Positions 60,456 to 64,000 of a stretch of 64,000 bases of DNA are shown piece after piece. Origin of the DNA: Candidatus Cloacimonadales bacterium (lineage in GTDB: Bacteria > Cloacimonadota > Cloacimonadia > Cloacimonadales > DAONDQ01); contig OY759316.1 of the NCBI GenBank assembly GCA_963662275.1, positions 2,624,001-2,688,000 on the forward strand. The letters run 5' to 3'. Both the position numbers and the translations under genes were made by a program. The notes under the pieces were generated by a model. The model ran no database searches. It saw only the letters and a list, made by a program, of their open reading frames with translations, and was not told where the DNA came from. Each line of letters begins with the position of its first letter. Position 1 is the first letter of the stretch.

Positions 60456-61808
60456 CTATGGCATGAAGAATAGATCACCATCTTGTAAGTATATCTTCAT
60501 ATCGATCATCGGTATCTTTGAAGCAGGATTTGGTGTTATTGTATATCCATATTGTTTATGTATTTTCTTCCCTCTTGTTTCAGCGTACACATGAACCAAT
60601 TGCCCTGGTTTGACATGCAGAATACAATTCCCTTCTTTGATCAAAATTGTCCATTGATGCGATGCAACTGTTGAATCAACGGTCATTTCCAGTTTTCCTT
60701 TTTCAAGTGTCAGCCAGTATTCAAGCGGAATATTATTTGGTAAAGTGATATACATTTTCTGGCTTAATTTTGTAAATATCCCTTTCTTCTTCTGTATATA
60801 GGTTGCTTGATAAGTTGTATCTTTTATGAATTCCCAAAGCTGACTCTTTATTGCACTACTCGGAACAGCAAAACCTTGAGCATCGAAATTAAGATTGAAC
60901 CAGTCCCCTGGATGAAGAGAAACATCCGCTTCCGGTATGGACATCTGAATTTGAGCTTTTCGACATATGTCGATGTATTCAGCTTTTCCAACAAATGCCT
61001 TTTCCTTCTCATAAGGAGTAGCAAATACTACAGCAAGTACCAATAGTAATGCTAAAAACAAGACAGCAACCTGCATCCATTGTGTTTTTTCTGGAACTTT
61101 TTGTTCTGTTGGACAATATAATAGAAAATGATGAAGGTTCATGATGTAAAAAATGAATGCACCTGTCAGATAGACCAATCCACCAGACCAGAAGATATCT
61201 GAAGCAAAATGACCTCCCTGGACAATTCTTGCAAATCCCATAATACTACCCATTGAGATGCCTAAAACTAGGAACAATGTAGCAAGAAGCGGATATTTTC
61301 TTCTGATTACAAAAAAAGGAGCAAATAGATAGAAACCCATTGCTGCATGTCCGGATGGAAAGCTCTTTCCATAGCTTGATTTATCGATACTTAATACTTT
61401 TTCATATTGAGATTTACCACCGAATTCAACGATTTCCCGAGGTCTTGGTCTTCCCCAATGATCCTTGAAGATTACATTAACGATTAATCCCGGTCCTATG
61501 ATCATGAGCATAATAAGAAATAGGGCGATTTTTCGATACTGAATCATCCCTAATTTCTGGTAACTGTATGCTAGCATAAAAACGGCTGCTAGGGATAGTA
61601 ATAATGCCGGGAGATTCCCAAAATGGTAGAAAATACCCCAGAGAATTGAATCTCTAAGAATCCAACCGCTCCCTGGCAGATAAAAATGTCTTTCAATCTG
61701 CATATCCCATGGAAATATTCGTAAAAGAACCGTTGCAACTGCCAGAATAACAGTCGGGATGAGAAAATCAAGAAATATCCAGAAACGGGGGTAGGTTCTA
61801 TCTTCCAT
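60456..61808 (-). CDS. PAP2-family membrane phosphatase with C-terminal soluble domain
   Basis: KDHWGRPRP, SFPSGH, RIVQGGHFASD. Confidence 0.88.
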   Translation of the reverse strand: MEDRTYPRFWIFLDFLIPTVILAVATVLLRIFPWDMQIERHFYLPGSGWILRDSILWGIFYHFGNLPALLLSLAAVFMLAYSYQKLGMIQYRKIALFLIMLMIIGPGLIVNVIFKDHWGRPRPREIVEFGGKSQYEKVLSIDKSSYGKSFPSGHAAMGFYLFAPFFVIRRKYPLLATLFLVLGISMGSIMGFARIVQGGHFASDIFWSGGLVYLTGAFIFYIMNLHHFLLYCPTEQKVPEKTQWMQVAVLFLALLLVLAVVFATPYEKEKAFVGKAEYIDICRKAQIQMSIPEADVSLHPGDWFNLNFDAQGFAVPSSAIKSQLWEFIKDTTYQATYIQKKKGIFTKLSQKMYITLPNNIPLEYWLTLEKGKLEMTVDSTVASHQWTILIKEGNCILHVKPGQLVHVYAETRGKKIHKQYGYTITPNPASKIPMIDMKIYLQDGDLFFMP

Positions 61809-61943
61809 ATAGGAACTCCTTTTCTAATCACATGAGATAATCAATAAAGCAGACCTAACTCTTCCCCACTTTTATTAAAAAAGTATGATTTTTATCTCAA
61901 AAAAAAGGTATGCATTTACTAAATAGAAGCAAGGAAAATAAAC

Positions 61944-61978
61944 AAAAAATGGCATTCCCCTTTATGAGGAATGCCATT
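61944..61978 (-). terminator. Rho-independent terminator
   Basis: AATGGCATTCC/GGAATGCCATT stem with T-run on the minus strand. Confidence 0.82.
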
Positions 61979-61991
61979 CTATGTAATATAC

Positions 61992-64000
61992 TTAATTGTG
62001 AGTCATTTCCTTGAGCTTATTCATCTCAAGCCGAGATTTGTTCCGGTTCTTAATGACAACAGTCTTAACGTTTGAGACTTGTGAAAGAATCTTACGTAAT
62101 TCATCAACTGTCATATCGACCGGTGTTAGTTCAGCAAAGTATTTCACAACACGATTCTGCCAATTCAAGGGTTCAGCCATGACTGGAGGAATCCAACCTA
62201 ATTCCACAAACATCAGCAGGATAGATGAAAGCATCAGAGAACGTTTCGGGTTATGATAATGAACCAATCTGCCATCATCACTGATACTGGTTCCCTCTAT
62301 TTCAAGATAAGTAGGTTGTGGCAGAATCATATCGACAGGAGCTTCTTCATCCATATGAGTTAGAAAAGCTACCTGGAAAACATCCTTCACTCCTGATGAA
62401 ATAGCTGCTGTCTGTCCATAATAAATCTGGAATTCACCATTTTCTACTTTTTCTGGCTGAACACCTAGTGATAATAAACCATTCAGATTTGCCCATTCAG
62501 AGGTTGCCAAAACTCCTGTTCCCGGTTTGAAATCTGAATACCAGGAAGCATTTTTCCAAAACTTGAGTATGGTTTCCTCAGCCGTATGCTGTATATTATA
62601 AAGAAAGAATGGACGAGGATATTTCTCTATATCACGAGCAAAGTCCTGTATTCTATCATATCGGGCATCAGCAAAACGGTTGAAGGCAATTTCCTTTGGT
62701 TCAACAATCACCAGTTTTTTACCCTTACGCTGGTGTAATCTACACACAGTACGCAAGGTTTGGCTGATAGTCCCGATAATAACTATCGTATCCGCATCCT
62801 TTAATTCCTCAAAAGAACGGGGCATGATAGAAGTATTCATTAGCTGGTCTGTAAACATACCCGGATATCCAAGACAGGAAATATCTGCTTTCAGATTCTC
62901 AGCAACATTCTGAAGCATCATTGTCTCTTCATTTGTAATATTTGGTGAAATAAAGACCTGGTGACTCTTCGCCATGATCGCCTTTTCTTTTATGATCGCA
63001 GCAGCTTCTTCCCAAGTGATCTTCTCCCAATTTTTCCCTTTACGAATATGAGGGACATGAACACGGTTTGGTGCTTCCATTACCTGCCAACCAAAATGTC
63101 CATAAAAGCATATATTCCTTCCGTTAAAGTAATCTCCTGAAGAATATGAATCATAGTCATTCCCATTACAGGGAGGAGTAACCTGGGTAACTGTCTGTGT
63201 TTGAGCTTCCACATTGATGAAACAACCCGTTCCGCAGTTAGCACAATTCTGAAGCGTATTTGTCTTCAGTAATGGGTTTTGTTTATAATATAAATTCTTC
63301 TCTGTTAAAGCACCAACAGGACAAACAGAGACACATTTTCCACAGGATTCACAAGTAGTTTTTGTTAGGCTTTCCCCATATTCTGGAGCTACCATACTTG
63401 GAAATCCGCGATACATGTATCCGAGAACATTGGCTCCTTGTATTTCAGCACAGATACGTGTACATCTACCGCACACGATACATTTATTCTCATCACGACG
63501 TATGAAGGGATGGGATTCATCTATTGGATGTTTGCCATTATCTCCGGCAAGTAATCCAATATGGGCATCATAATCTGTTGCATATTTTCGCAAATAGCAG
63601 GTTTCATTTACCTGGCAGCCGCATTCGAGACAACGATCTGCTTCTTTATGTGCGGTTTCCTGATCAAATCCAAGCTCTACTTCCATAAAAGAAGATATAG
63701 CTTTTTGTACTGCTATTTCAGGCATTTCAGCACGAGATATCTTTTCATATTGTGCATATACTTCCGGCATAATCTCTTTGACTTTCGCTGCTTTCTTAGA
63801 ATCAAAGCGTTCCTTTGGATTAACCAGCGCTTTTCCCTGCAGATACAGATCGATCATCTCAGCAGCAAGACGTCCATCTGCAATTGCTTCAATTGCTGTG
63901 GCTGCACCACGACGGAAATCACCACCAGCAAAGACATTCGCCATATTCATATACATGGTTTTTTCATCAGCTAATGCTGTTGACCAGCGACTGAGCGGGA
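61992..64000 (-). CDS. GltD-like FAD oxidoreductase fused to NuoG/FdhA-like Fe-S and molybdopterin-fold domains (5'-partial)
   Basis: VFAGGD...AIEAIADGR, EADRCLECGC, CIVCGRC..IC, CESCGKC..VCP, CANCGTGC; frame open to the window edge. Confidence 0.85.
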   Translation of the reverse strand, partial: PLSRWSTALADEKTMYMNMANVFAGGDFRRGAATAIEAIADGRLAAEMIDLYLQGKALVNPKERFDSKKAAKVKEIMPEVYAQYEKISRAEMPEIAVQKAISSFMEVELGFDQETAHKEADRCLECGCQVNETCYLRKYATDYDAHIGLLAGDNGKHPIDESHPFIRRDENKCIVCGRCTRICAEIQGANVLGYMYRGFPSMVAPEYGESLTKTTCESCGKCVSVCPVGALTEKNLYYKQNPLLKTNTLQNCANCGTGCFINVEAQTQTVTQVTPPCNGNDYDSYSSGDYFNGRNICFYGHFGWQVMEAPNRVHVPHIRKGKNWEKITWEEAAAIIKEKAIMAKSHQVFISPNITNEETMMLQNVAENLKADISCLGYPGMFTDQLMNTSIMPRSFEELKDADTIVIIGTISQTLRTVCRLHQRKGKKLVIVEPKEIAFNRFADARYDRIQDFARDIEKYPRPFFLYNIQHTAEETILKFWKNASWYSDFKPGTGVLATSEWANLNGLLSLGVQPEKVENGEFQIYYGQTAAISSGVKDVFQVAFLTHMDEEAPVDMILPQPTYLEIEGTSISDDGRLVHYHNPKRSLMLSSILLMFVELGWIPPVMAEPLNWQNRVVKYFAELTPVDMTVDELRKILSQVSNVKTVVIKNRNKSRLEMNKLKEMTHN

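Noticed and set aside
1..64000. tRNA or rRNA genes
   Set aside because: No cloverleaf, T-loop or rRNA signature recognised by eye; a tRNAscan/Rfam run would be needed to exclude them fully.

Overview
AT-rich bacterial chromosomal window, probably from the FCB group and most likely Cloacimonadota. This is inferred from secreted proteins ending in PNP...IYNxxGQxV FlgD-Ig/T9SS-type sorting domains, DUF4175 and GldAFG-like genes. Most of it is housekeeping or envelope genes: PpiD-like PPIase, GcvT-like protein, SPFH, GldAFG-like ABC, TolC/MFP, recF-dnaN-HU, ROK kinase, Mla/Mce, TldD/TldE, CreD, a hybrid kinase and a GltD/NuoG-like oxidoreductase. Two accessory patches interrupt this. The first (about 25.2-32.6 kb) is an IS91-family element with a tyrosine recombinase, followed by RloA-RloB and a KAP NTPase. 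The second (about 50.2-53.6 kb) is a 5'-truncated HigA/IrrE-type gene plus a SIR2-TPR gene, bracketed by repeat arrays. The most distinctive signals are: (i) many GTAG-type REP-like palindromes and other short repeats, some inside coding sequence (an in-frame REP array forming the RecF C-tail, a 38-bp intergenic repeat inside a sorting domain, and a REP supplying a stop codon); (ii) two apparent pseudoenzymes in neighbouring loci, an allantoinase/dihydroorotase homologue lacking 5 of 6 metal ligands upstream of tldE-tldD and an MlaF with all four ATPase motifs altered; (iii) candidate antiphage modules. No rRNA, tRNA or CRISPR array was recognised. All family calls come from motif reading by eye, not database searches.
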